A DNA stretch of 57,037 nt from Chloroflexota bacterium. Its GTDB lineage: Bacteria; Chloroflexota; Dormibacteria; CF-121. Below are positions 37,098 to 46,268 of the stretch, piece after piece. The stretch lies in contig VBEN01000015.1 of the NCBI GenBank assembly GCA_005881175.1, forward strand, positions 1 to 57,037, given 5' to 3'. The notes below the pieces were generated by a model. It saw nothing but the letters and a program-made list of their open reading frames with translations, was not told the origin of the DNA and did no database searches. The position numbers and the translations under genes are program-made. Positions within the stretch are counted from its first letter, which is position 1. Each line of letters starts with the position of its first letter.

Positions 37098-37474
37098 TCG
37101 AACAGGATACCCAGCTGATCAGCATCTCCGACTCCGCCCTGACCCAGCTACGCGATCTCCTGCAGAAGCAGGGGCGGCCGGAGATGGGCTTGCGCGTCTT
37201 CGTCCAACCGGGCGGCTGCTCGGGCATGTCGTACGGAATGGGCTTCGAGGATCGGCCCGAGGAAGGCGATGCCATCAGCGATGTTGGCGGCGTACGGCTG
37301 TTCGTCGACTCGGTCAGCGCCCGCTATATCAAGGGGGCCGAGATCGACTTCGTGGACAGCCTGATGGGTGGCGGTTTTACCGTCCACAATCCGAACGCGG
37401 TCTCGAGCTGCTCATGCGGTAGCTCGTTCGACACCGGCGGTGACGCCGGCACCGCCCGCGGCTGCAGCCACTAG
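37082..37474 (+). CDS. iscA: HesB/IscA-family Fe-S cluster insertion protein
   Basis: Contains LRVFVQPGGCSGMSYGM and the C-terminal CSCGSSF. ATG 37082 overlaps the end of the formyltransferase-like ORF. Confidence 0.85.
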   Translation: MAQEMIEQDTQLISISDSALTQLRDLLQKQGRPEMGLRVFVQPGGCSGMSYGMGFEDRPEEGDAISDVGGVRLFVDSVSARYIKGAEIDFVDSLMGGGFTVHNPNAVSSCSCGSSFDTGGDAGTARGCSH

Positions 37475-37607
37475 GCAAGCGCACACGGCGAAGGGCGGCG
37501 TGGCCGCTGGTAGCTCTCCTTAGCGCAACAGCCTGCGCGAAAATGCCTGATGGCCTGCGTCGAAACATGAGTGCGGTCCGCCGCGGTTTGTCCCCCTAAA
37601 CGATGGC

Positions 37608-37636
37608 TTGACCGTGACGCGCTTCCAGATTACGCT
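37608..37636 (+). promoter_or_regulatory. Putative sigma-70-type promoter, TTGACC-17nt-TACGCT
   Basis: The hexamers and 17-nt spacer were read directly. It sits about 20 nt upstream of an AAGGGAG SD and ATG 37657. Confidence 0.3.
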
Positions 37637-37656
37637 GAAGCCCCTCAAGGGAGCCT

Positions 37657-38082
37657 ATGCCAACCCAACCCCGCGTCCTCATGGTTGAAGATCATCCGGA
37701 TATTGCCGACCTCTACCAGCTGAAGTTGCAGCTCGAAGGGTACCGAGTCGCGGTGGCATCAAACGGCATGACCGGCCTGCAGTTGGCCCGCGAGCTCAAA
37801 CCTGATGTCGTCTTGCTCGATGTTCACGTCCCCGTGCTGGATGGGCTGCAGCTCCTGGCTGCGCTTCGGGCCGATGAGGGGACCCGTGACACCCCGGTCG
37901 TCGTCTGTAGCGAGGACGACAATCCGCAACTGATCCAGGAGGCTCGGCGGCTGGAGGCCGCCGCATATCTGGTCAAGGCGCGGCTGCTGCCCAGCGGGCT
38001 GAGCCAGAAAATCGGCGAGGTGCTGCGTCATCGCGGTGCCTTCCTGGCCGACGCTCGCGCCGACGCCCTGCAAGCGTCCTGA
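37657..38082 (+). CDS. Single-domain (CheY-like) response regulator
   Basis: REC domain with VLMVEDHPD, acceptor Asp in VVLLDVHVP, and a conserved K in YLVKA. No output domain. Confidence 0.85.
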   Translation: MPTQPRVLMVEDHPDIADLYQLKLQLEGYRVAVASNGMTGLQLARELKPDVVLLDVHVPVLDGLQLLAALRADEGTRDTPVVVCSEDDNPQLIQEARRLEAAAYLVKARLLPSGLSQKIGEVLRHRGAFLADARADALQAS

Positions 38083-38132
38083 CGCCGAAAGTCTTAGCGC
38101 CTTCTTAACTCGGCGTCATCTGCTTATGAGAC

Positions 38133-38993
38133 TTGGTGCGCGATGATGGGTTCGTGGCCAGCGAACCGCTTTCCCTGGAAGCGCCGCCGCCGCCTGCTCC
38201 ACCGCCTGCGGGCGGTCGCGAACGTCGGCGCGCTCCGGTCGCGCTGGCCGCGGCGCTGGTGGTCGTCGGCGGCCTCGCCGGCGGGGCACTCGGCGCGGAG
38301 GTGATGCTCAGTCGCACGGCCGCGCCGGTTGCCGCAACCAGCCCTGCATCGAGCGCCACCGTCGCCCCGGCGCAAACGCCAACCTCCGCCGCGGCCCTCT
38401 ACAAGCAAGCGGTCCCCGGCATCGTCACGATCACGACAGAGGTCGCGCGTCGTGGGCAGGTGGGGGAGGGCACCGGCTCCGGCATCGTGCTGGACCAGAA
38501 CGGCGACATCCTGACCAATGCGCACGTGGTCGCCGGCGCCAACCAAATCCAGGTAACCTTCAACGACGGCCGCAGCGCGGCGGGGACGCTCGTGAGCGCC
38601 AATTCCAAGGCGGACCTGGCGGTGGTTCGGGTGTCGGTGGCGGCCGCCAGCCTGCATCCAGTGCCGCTGGGGAATTCCGACACCGTCCGGGTCGGCGACG
38701 CCGTTTATGCCATCGGGGCACCCTTCGGGCTGGCCGGCTCGATGTCGGCCGGGATTGTCTCCGGCCTCAACCGGACTGACCAGGGGTCAGGACGCAGCGG
38801 CCTCATCCAGACCGACGCCCCGATCAATCCTGGCAACTCGGGCGGTGCGCTGCTCAACACCCAGGGCCAGGTCGTCGGCGTCAACGACTCGATCGAGAGC
38901 CCGGTTGCCGGTAATGTCGGCGTCGGCTTCGCCATCCCGGTCAACGTCGTCAAGCAGCTGCTCGCCTCCCTGGAGGGCGGCGCGAACCAGTAA
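38133..38993 (+). CDS. Membrane-anchored trypsin-like serine protease (S1C, HtrA-like, no PDZ domain)
   Basis: Catalytic triad context is TNAHVV, ADLAVVRV and GNSGGALL. There is an N-terminal TM segment. TTG start. Confidence 0.85.
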   Translation: MVRDDGFVASEPLSLEAPPPPAPPPAGGRERRRAPVALAAALVVVGGLAGGALGAEVMLSRTAAPVAATSPASSATVAPAQTPTSAAALYKQAVPGIVTITTEVARRGQVGEGTGSGIVLDQNGDILTNAHVVAGANQIQVTFNDGRSAAGTLVSANSKADLAVVRVSVAAASLHPVPLGNSDTVRVGDAVYAIGAPFGLAGSMSAGIVSGLNRTDQGSGRSGLIQTDAPINPGNSGGALLNTQGQVVGVNDSIESPVAGNVGVGFAIPVNVVKQLLASLEGGANQ

Positions 38994-39002
38994 CTCGGTC
39001 GT

Positions 39003-39527
39003 CTACGGCTCGAGAACGTGGACGGCGCTCAGGTTTCGATACAGTTCGTCAAAATCGAGCCCGTAACCGACGACGAACTGATTGGGAATATCGAAGCCCT
39101 TGTAGGCCATCGGGACCGGTGTGATCCGTCGGTCCTGCTTGTTCAGTAAAACGCAGAGCTTCAGGGACGCGGGTCGGTGGCGTTGCACATGCTCAAACAA
39201 GAATGACGTGGTCAAACCCGTGTCGATGATGTCCTCGACCATCAGGACGTCACGTCCGGCGACGTCCATGGTCAGGTCCTTCAGAAGCTGAACGTGTCCC
39301 GATGACTCGGTCCCGGCGCCATAGCTGCTGACCGCGACGTAATCGAAGTTCACTGGCACCGTGATGTGGCGGCTGAGGTCGGTGGCGAAGCAGACAGAGC
39401 CTTTGAGCACAGGCAGAAGGATCAACGGCCGGCTGATGCCGGCGTAGTCTCGGGATATGTCCGCAGCCATCTCCAGGACGCGCCGCTGGATGGCGTCGGC
39501 GCTGACCAACTCCCGCCCCAGTTTCAA
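39003..39527 (-). CDS. hpt: Hypoxanthine phosphoribosyltransferase
   Basis: PRPP-binding motif VLMVEDIIDTGLT. 174 aa. Confidence 0.9.
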   Translation of the reverse strand: MKLGRELVSADAIQRRVLEMAADISRDYAGISRPLILLPVLKGSVCFATDLSRHITVPVNFDYVAVSSYGAGTESSGHVQLLKDLTMDVAGRDVLMVEDIIDTGLTTSFLFEHVQRHRPASLKLCVLLNKQDRRITPVPMAYKGFDIPNQFVVGYGLDFDELYRNLSAVHVLEP

Positions 39528-39555
39528 TTCGGTGAGAACGATGGCATGTCCAACT

Positions 39556-40071
39556 CTACCCGGTCGGGGCCACCAGGAAGATCCAGATATCCCAGGTGAC
39601 GTGGCTGATGATAAGGGGGGTCAGGCGGCCTTCGCGCGCGTAAAGCGCACCCCAGAAGAGGCCGGCGGTGGCGGCCGCCCCGGTCAGCGTCAGGTTCTTC
39701 GATACTAGATGAACACCGCCGTAGAACGACGAGGTCATCAGCATCCCGCGCAGCCGGCCGAATTTGCGCTGCAAAGTGTGCTGGATCAGGCCGCGCCAGA
39801 AGAGCTCTTCGCCCGGTCCGATCACGAGCGCCAGCGCCGCGGCGATGGCCGGTCGGGAAGAGGCCGTTCGCAGCGCGTAAATCCCGGCAATCTCGCCCGC
39901 CCCGCCCGGCATGATCCGACGAGCCATCGGATCGCCCACACGAAAGATTCCGTAGAGCGCCGCGGCCGAGCCGAAGCCTATCGCAAGGTCACGCCCGCGC
40001 GGCCGTTCGAGCCGCAGCGCCGGTTCACGCAGGAGCGCGTAAGCACCGAGGCCGCCAACGCCGAGCGTCAT
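39556..40071 (-). CDS. CPBP-family intramembrane glutamic endopeptidase (CAAX protease-like)
   Basis: Contains GPGEELFWRG, FYGGVHL and HVTWD. ATG 40071 was chosen because the longer track ORF runs into the upstream gene, so the N-terminus may be under-called. Confidence 0.7.
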   Translation of the reverse strand: MTLGVGGLGAYALLREPALRLERPRGRDLAIGFGSAAALYGIFRVGDPMARRIMPGGAGEIAGIYALRTASSRPAIAAALALVIGPGEELFWRGLIQHTLQRKFGRLRGMLMTSSFYGGVHLVSKNLTLTGAAATAGLFWGALYAREGRLTPLIISHVTWDIWIFLVAPTG

Positions 40072-40154
40072 CCGGAGCCAGAATTGGGAACGGGGACCGC
40101 GAAAGGCGGCTGTCCAGACCGCCGCCGCCAGGGCGAGTCCGCCGAGGACTCGCC

Positions 40155-42143
40155 TCAGCGGAGTCCCGACCCTGCCACCAGGCCGACGAGCAGCAACGCG
40201 CCGAAGGCGCTGTGCAGCCGGGCGGTCATCAGGTCGATCATCGCGATGGCCCGCAGGTGACCCTCGGCCCCGCGCTCGGCGTCTCGCAGGATCCAGGCCA
40301 GCAGCGGCAGGCTCAGCAGGGTCAGGAGCGCGAGCTTGGGCAGTGCGCCGACCATCACCGCCAGGCCGACCGCGACGTACGCCCCCAGCACCAGCATGAC
40401 ATAGACCCAGTGGGCGGCGTCCCGGCCGACCTGGGCGGAGAACGTGGTGAACCCGTGCCGCGTATCCTCGGCGACGTCCCGCCACTCGTTGCCGTGCAGG
40501 ATCGCGGTGACCAACAGGCCGACCGGCACCGATACCACGAGAAGATTGGCATCGAATGTCCCCGTCACGGCGTAGTAGGCCCCACCCACCATCACCGGAC
40601 CCATGAGAACAAAAACCAGGGGCAACCCCAGGGCTCGGTACTTGTACTGAAATGGCGGCGCGGTATAGAAGTAGCCGCCGATGAAACCGATCAGGCCGAG
40701 AAGCACGATCGGCCAGCCGCGATGCAGCGTCAGGAAGATGCCCATGATCAAGGCCAGGATGAAGCCCGACCAGGCAACTAGGAATGCGCCACGTTCACTG
40801 ATCCGGCCCTTGAGGATGGCCATCGACATTCGCGGCGATGTAATGGAGTCGATCCCGTGACGCACATCGTAGATCTCGTTGATGACGTTCGTGCCAATGT
40901 GCAGACCGAGGCCACCGAGGAGTGCCGCCACAAATAGCGGCCAGTGCATGCGTCCCTGGCCTAAGGCGATGGCGCCGCCAACCGATACCGGCAAGAGCGA
41001 TGCCGTAAAGCTGAATGGCCGGACCACTTCCCAGGCGCCTTGCGCCCGGCGGGCAATCGTCGTCCCCACGCGGCCTGCCTCCAGCGGATGTGGGGCAGTC
41101 GCGCCGACTTCGACAGCTTCAGCGGACGGAGGCCGCGCAACCCGCGTGCCGTAAAGGACGGCGGCGTCGAGCACGGCGTTGACTTGGGTCTCCTCCTGAA
41201 GGATCGGCTGCAACAGGGGCACGTCCATTCCGGCGTCATCGTGATAGGCGTTGGCGCGAGCCGCGACTTGGTCGACAGTGCCGCAGAGAATGAAGGCATC
41301 GAGCAGCTCATCGGGAATGAGCTCGCCGGCACGATGGTAATCCTCGGCCCGCCAGGCGGTGGCAATCTGGGTGCGCAGCTGCGGGTCGAAGCCGGCGCGC
41401 TTCAGCGAGATGTCGCTCAGCACAGAGATCATGTAGATCACGAAGGGCTCGCGCTTCGCCCGATTCAAGGCCTCCCGCCGGCTGTCGTCGAACAGACACA
41501 GTAGATAGCCCCGAAAGTCGATATCGCCGCCGGCGCGTCCCTGGGCGGCGGCGCGCTCGAGGATGCGATGACGCATCTTTTGGTAGGCCGGCAGCGATTC
41601 GGCCGGCCGGCCCAGGTAACCGTCAGCCTTCTCGGCGCACAGGTCGAGAAACGCGGTCCGGTATGCCGCGACGTAGATGGGAATCCGATGCGGAGGCTGG
41701 AACATCGGTTGCAGCGGGGGGACTTTGTCATTGAGCTTCAATGGCTCGCCCCGCCACAGCGTCCGTATCTGATCGATCGACTCGGAGACGCGAGCGACGG
41801 TATCGTCGTAGGGAATCGCCATCTGGGAGAGCCTGAGCGGTAATCCGCTGCCGAGGGCCAGGGTGCATCGACGGGGCGCCAGATCATCGAGCGCGGACAT
41901 CGTCATCGCCAAGACGACGGGGTGGCGGGTATACGGATTCAGCGCGCCGGCGCCCAGGCCGATGCGCCGCGTCATCTGACCAATTGCGGTGAGGTACGTG
42001 ATCGGGTCGCGCTCGAAGTAGCTGTCGTGGACCCAGACGGAATCGAGGCCAAGGTCTTCCGCCCGGCGTGCCCAACCCGCGACATCCTTGACGTCGCCGC
42101 GGGCGGCCAGCCCCAGCCCCACCGGGCGTGCCAGGTCGGTCAT
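40155..42143 (-). CDS. Fusion protein: N-terminal luciferase-like (LLM-class, flavin/F420-type) oxidoreductase plus C-terminal MenA-like UbiA-family prenyltransferase
   Basis: Residues 1 to ~335 carry LLM TIM-barrel motifs (LGLDSVWVHDSYF, GLGAGALNPYTRHP). Residues ~375-662 are polytopic, with NVINEIYDVRHGID and HGNEWRDVAEDTRHG Asp-rich motifs. It is a single uninterrupted 662-aa ORF. Confidence 0.85.
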   Translation of the reverse strand: MTDLARPVGLGLAARGDVKDVAGWARRAEDLGLDSVWVHDSYFERDPITYLTAIGQMTRRIGLGAGALNPYTRHPVVLAMTMSALDDLAPRRCTLALGSGLPLRLSQMAIPYDDTVARVSESIDQIRTLWRGEPLKLNDKVPPLQPMFQPPHRIPIYVAAYRTAFLDLCAEKADGYLGRPAESLPAYQKMRHRILERAAAQGRAGGDIDFRGYLLCLFDDSRREALNRAKREPFVIYMISVLSDISLKRAGFDPQLRTQIATAWRAEDYHRAGELIPDELLDAFILCGTVDQVAARANAYHDDAGMDVPLLQPILQEETQVNAVLDAAVLYGTRVARPPSAEAVEVGATAPHPLEAGRVGTTIARRAQGAWEVVRPFSFTASLLPVSVGGAIALGQGRMHWPLFVAALLGGLGLHIGTNVINEIYDVRHGIDSITSPRMSMAILKGRISERGAFLVAWSGFILALIMGIFLTLHRGWPIVLLGLIGFIGGYFYTAPPFQYKYRALGLPLVFVLMGPVMVGGAYYAVTGTFDANLLVVSVPVGLLVTAILHGNEWRDVAEDTRHGFTTFSAQVGRDAAHWVYVMLVLGAYVAVGLAVMVGALPKLALLTLLSLPLLAWILRDAERGAEGHLRAIAMIDLMTARLHSAFGALLLVGLVAGSGLR

Positions 42144-42211
42144 GCCGGTATCACCGTACTCCTGCGGCCCGGGGGCCGCAATCGGGGGTCCACCTGAAGA
42201 CCCAGCCCACG

Positions 42212-42928
42212 ATGTCGGAAGATAATCGTTGGGTGGGGCAGGAAGCGCGGGCCGAACAGATCCGGCAGATGTTCGACCAGATCGCGCCCGGCTACGACGT
42301 CCGCAATCGGTTGTTCAGCTTTGATCGTGACCGCGCCTGGCGGCGCCGGGCGGCAGAGCGTGCCGACCTGCACCCGGGCGAGATCGCGCTGGACCTCTGC
42401 ACCGGCACCGGCAAGCTAGCTCATGAGCTGCTCTCGTATACCCGCCCGGGTGGCCGCGTCATTGGCGTTGATTTCTCGGAGGCGATGCTGGAGCAGGCCC
42501 GCAAACTCGAGCCGGAGGTCGAATTCCGTCTCGGCGACGTCAGCCGGCTGAGTGACCCCGACGCCGGCATCGACGCGGTGACCATCGGCTTCGGCCTGCG
42601 CAACCTGGTTGATCGCGAACAGGCGCTGCGTGAGATTCACCGCGTGCTGAGGCCGGGCGGTCGGCTGGTCATTCTCGAGTTCGCGCCGCCACCCTCTGGC
42701 CTGCTAATGCGCGCGTATCGCTTCTATCTCACGCGTGTGATGCCCGCCATCGCCGGCCGCTTCAGCGCCGGCGAGCGCCAAGCCTATCGCTACCTGGCGC
42801 AGACCGTGCAGGACTTTCCGCCTTCAGCAGCACTATCGGCGCTACTCGACCGCATCGGTTTCGCCGTAGCGGTCGAACCATTGACGTTCGGTATCGTGGC
42901 GCTGCACGTCGCGGTTCGGCGGAGCTGA
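42212..42928 (+). CDS. menG: Demethylmenaquinone/ubiquinone methyltransferase (UbiE/MenG)
   Basis: Contains MFDQIAPGYDVRNRLFSF, SAM motif LDLCTGTG and VTIGFGLRN. ATG 42212 was chosen. Confidence 0.85.
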   Translation: MSEDNRWVGQEARAEQIRQMFDQIAPGYDVRNRLFSFDRDRAWRRRAAERADLHPGEIALDLCTGTGKLAHELLSYTRPGGRVIGVDFSEAMLEQARKLEPEVEFRLGDVSRLSDPDAGIDAVTIGFGLRNLVDREQALREIHRVLRPGGRLVILEFAPPPSGLLMRAYRFYLTRVMPAIAGRFSAGERQAYRYLAQTVQDFPPSAALSALLDRIGFAVAVEPLTFGIVALHVAVRRS

Positions 42929-42935
42929 TACCGCC

Positions 42936-43577
42936 GTGCCATCGCTGTTGGCGGCGCCCAACCTGCTGAGCTTCTCCCGGATCCTGGTCGCTCCCATCAT
43001 CTATGCGCTGGTGGTTTCCGGCGGCCGCTATGGATTCGTGATCGCGGCGGTCCTCTTCGTCGCCGCGTCGGTCACCGATACTCTCGACGGGGAGATCGCT
43101 CGGCGTCGTCATCTGGTCTCGCCGCTTGGCATCTACCTCGACACGACGTCCGACAAGGTGCTCGTCACGGTCCTTCTGGTCGCCCTCGCGGTGGCGCGCG
43201 TCGCGCCGGGCTGGATGGCTGCCGTCATCATCGCCCGCGAGTTCCTGGTGACGGGCCTTCGCAGCTACGCCGCCGCGCTTGGCGTCGTCATCCCGGCGGG
43301 CGGCTGGGGCAAGGCGAAGACCGTGATCACGATCGTTGCCTTGCTGCTGGTTTTGCTGGAGGGTGACGCGCGCCAGGGCGGGTGGCTGACGGGTCAGTCA
43401 ATGCCCGGGAGTGCGCTGCTGAGCCCGCTGGGGCCTTACACCTTGCCGGTCTGGTCGCTCCTGATCGCCGTCGTGTGGACGGTCGGCTCGGGTGCGGAAT
43501 ACATCCGTGAGGCGATACCGTTACTGACTCGTCCGACGGTGACCGACGCGCTCAGCCGCTCGGAGAACGAGCCTTAA
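42936..43577 (+). CDS. pgsA: CDP-alcohol phosphatidyltransferase (PgsA-like)
   Basis: Has the DTLDGEIARRRHLVSPLGIYLDTTSDK signature. GTG start. Confidence 0.85.
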   Translation: MPSLLAAPNLLSFSRILVAPIIYALVVSGGRYGFVIAAVLFVAASVTDTLDGEIARRRHLVSPLGIYLDTTSDKVLVTVLLVALAVARVAPGWMAAVIIAREFLVTGLRSYAAALGVVIPAGGWGKAKTVITIVALLLVLLEGDARQGGWLTGQSMPGSALLSPLGPYTLPVWSLLIAVVWTVGSGAEYIREAIPLLTRPTVTDALSRSENEP

Positions 43578-44173
43578 CCGCCGCGGCCCGCAGCACCTCA
43601 GCGCATTGGCCATTCGCCCGCCATTTGCCGTCGGCCCCGCGCTGCGCCTGGAGATGATCCCGAGCATCGCTGATCCTCTCGTCGCCAGCCAACCCGGCCT
43701 CCGTGATAGCCCGCAGTCCCTGCAGGACGTCGTAGTGCAGTAGGCTGGCCAGTGCAGCTGCAGCCACTCGGGGTCGATCACGTTGTCAGTGGACTCTGAC
43801 CGGTACATCCGGTGCCGCAGAAAAAAATCCGCTGCGCATGCCACCACTTTTGGGAAGCCGCCAAAGGCCGCCAGGCCGCGCAGGGGGGCCAGTGATTCGT
43901 GAAACGAGGAGTGTGTAACGGGTGGGCGCGGGTCACAATTCCACCCGCCGTCTGGCCACTGCCAGGCCGTTAGGCGTGTGGCCAGCTTTCGGTCTTTCGA
44001 TGCGCACTGGCGATGGCGGCCCGCCACCCGTGGCGTCTTGCGCGATCGTCGTCCTGGGTAACGCCAAGCTCAACCAGGCTTAGCAGCCGCCAATGAGCGC
44101 CCTGCCACTTCTTGTAGGGATGGCCGGGATATTCCCGAAACAGGGCCTCGATCCGGGGATCTGGGGTGGTCAC
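43552..44173 (-). pseudogene. Frameshifted remnant of a prenyltransferase/terpenoid-cyclase-repeat-like protein
   Basis: One homologous reading is spread over three minus-strand frames (track ORFs 43970-44173, 43521-44027 and 43552-43767). Motifs are WQWPDGGWNCD, HYDVLQGL and RGADGKW. LHWPAY|CTTT versus LLHYDVLQ suggests a 1-nt deletion near 43747. Confidence 0.6.
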
Positions 44174-44181
44174 GGCACGCC

Positions 44182-45141
44182 TCAGCGCTCTTCGCGCACG
44201 TAGGGGACCCCCAGCGCGGCCGGGGCGCCGAGCCGTCGCCGACCCCAGCCGCTTGATACCAGCACGAGCACAACAATCGTCATCAAGTACGGCAATGAAG
44301 AAAAGACTTCGGGCGGTAGATGCACCTGGCGCGCCTGCAGCGTGAAGGCCAGGCTGCTGAAGGCGCCGAACAGGTAGGCGCCGACCAGCGCCAGCTCCGG
44401 ACGCCAGAAGGCAAAGATCACCAGGGCGATAGCGATCCAGCCGGCGCCCGAGGTCATGCCATCGAGCCAGAATGGGGTGATCGCCAGGCTGAAGAAGGCG
44501 CCCCCGACCCCCGCCAGGGCGCCGCCGAGCATCGTGTGGATGTAGCGATACGCTGTGACATTGATGCCCATGGCATCCGCCGTCGCCGGTGACTCTCCAA
44601 CCGCCCTCAGGTGAAGACCTGGTCGGGTCCGGTACAGATACAGGAGGATCAGGCCGACCAGCGCCCAGGAAGCGTAGGTCAGGGCATTCTGATGGAAGAG
44701 GATCGGGCCGATGAAGGGCGCGTCACCCAATCCCATGACATCGATCGCGGTGAACTCGTGGTGGGCCGGCTTCCCGCTCAGGTTGGCGACGTGGCCGATG
44801 TACGACGAGAGGCCGGTCGCCCCGGCAAAGATGGTCAGCGCGAGTCCAGACACGATCTGGCTGGCGCGGAGGGTGATGGTAAGAAACGCGTGGATCAGCG
44901 ACGTTGCCGCCGCTACCAGGGCGGCCACCGCGACCCCGCTCAGCAAGCTGAGCCAACCAGGCCCACCAAAGGTTTGTACTGCCCAGAAGCCGCTGACGGC
45001 GCCCATCAGCATCATGCCTTCGACGCCCAGGTTGAGCACCCCTGAACGCTCGGCTAGCAGCTCGCCGAGGGCCGCGAAGAGAAGCGGCGTGCCGTAAAAG
45101 ATGGCGGAGGCCACGATCACGACCAGGAGGCTGTTGTTCAT
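44182..45141 (-). CDS. ABC transporter permease (BMP/nucleoside-type, YufQ-like)
   Basis: Polytopic protein with LGELLAERSGVLNLGVEGMM. ATG 45141 overlaps the upstream stop as ATGA. Confidence 0.85.
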   Translation of the reverse strand: MNNSLLVVIVASAIFYGTPLLFAALGELLAERSGVLNLGVEGMMLMGAVSGFWAVQTFGGPGWLSLLSGVAVAALVAAATSLIHAFLTITLRASQIVSGLALTIFAGATGLSSYIGHVANLSGKPAHHEFTAIDVMGLGDAPFIGPILFHQNALTYASWALVGLILLYLYRTRPGLHLRAVGESPATADAMGINVTAYRYIHTMLGGALAGVGGAFFSLAITPFWLDGMTSGAGWIAIALVIFAFWRPELALVGAYLFGAFSSLAFTLQARQVHLPPEVFSSLPYLMTIVVLVLVSSGWGRRRLGAPAALGVPYVREER

Positions 45142-46268
45142 GCCGCGCCGACGCGGGCGGCGTCGGCCGGCTTGTGTGACACCCCTGCGGGGCGCCCCAG
45201 CCGGATCTTGTAGTGCACCAGTAGTTCGCCGGCCAGGGCGCAAAAAAGAATAAGTCCCTGGAGGGTCCCCACCAGTCCTGCCGGGAAGTCCGCTCCCTGC
45301 AAGCTGAAGCCGCCGTTGGAAAGACCGCCGAGCAGCAGCGCCACCACGATCACGGCGAACGGGTTGAGGCGTGCCAGGGCGGCGACTACGATGCCGCCAT
45401 AGCCGAAGCTCGCCTGTTGCAGGCCGCGCGGATCGAGGACGTGACGAAAGTCACCGATCTCGCTGGCGCCACCCAGCCCAGCGAACGCTCCGGAGAGCGC
45501 CATCACGGCGACGATCTTCCGTCGGGTCCGGATGCCGGCATAGTGCGCCGCCGAGCGAGAGTCGCCGATGACGCGCGCCTCGAAGCCGAAACGGGTTGAT
45601 CGATACAACATCCAGAGGCCGGCCGCGGCAAACATCCCGATGAAAAAGCCGAACGGCACCCCGATGCCGGCGATCTGGAGGCTCGGCCAGGCGGCCGACG
45701 GCGACAGATATTTGCCCTGTGGAAAGACCCGCGAGGTAAAGGTCGACAACTCGCGCCAGTAGGAATGGCTGTCGAAGATGAGGTAGGTGATCAGCAGACC
45801 CCCGACATAGTTGAGCATGAGCGAGGTGATGATCTCGTTGGTGCGGAAGAACGCCCGCAGCGCACCCGGGATGGCCGCCCAGGCGGCTCCGGTCACCAGT
45901 CCAGCCAGGACCATCGCCGGGATGACGAGGGCAGCCGACTGGCTCTGCAAAGCGATGGCGATTCCCGAGGCACCCACCGCTCCCAGGTACAGCTGCCCTT
46001 CAGCGCCGATGTTCCAGGTTTGCATGCGGAAGGCGGCGGCAGCGGCGAGGCCGGTCAGCAGCAGCGGCGTAGCCTGTACCAGGGTCGCGCTGAACGCCCC
46101 TTCGGAGAAGAAGCCGCGCTCCAGCAGACGCTGCCACGTCGCCAGCGGATCATGCCCGGTCGCCAGCAAGATGATGCTGGAGAGGATCACGGCGCCGATC
46201 AGCGATCCGATTGGAACCGCCACCACCAACCAGCGGGACTCACGAAGGCGACGCTCAATCCGAATCAC
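45138..46268 (-). CDS. ABC transporter permease (BMP/nucleoside-type, YufP-like)
   Basis: Polytopic 376 aa with TWNIGAEGQLYLGA. Overlaps the ATPase gene stop. Confidence 0.85.
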   Translation of the reverse strand: MIRIERRLRESRWLVVAVPIGSLIGAVILSSIILLATGHDPLATWQRLLERGFFSEGAFSATLVQATPLLLTGLAAAAAFRMQTWNIGAEGQLYLGAVGASGIAIALQSQSAALVIPAMVLAGLVTGAAWAAIPGALRAFFRTNEIITSLMLNYVGGLLITYLIFDSHSYWRELSTFTSRVFPQGKYLSPSAAWPSLQIAGIGVPFGFFIGMFAAAGLWMLYRSTRFGFEARVIGDSRSAAHYAGIRTRRKIVAVMALSGAFAGLGGASEIGDFRHVLDPRGLQQASFGYGGIVVAALARLNPFAVIVVALLLGGLSNGGFSLQGADFPAGLVGTLQGLILFCALAGELLVHYKIRLGRPAGVSHKPADAARVGAA

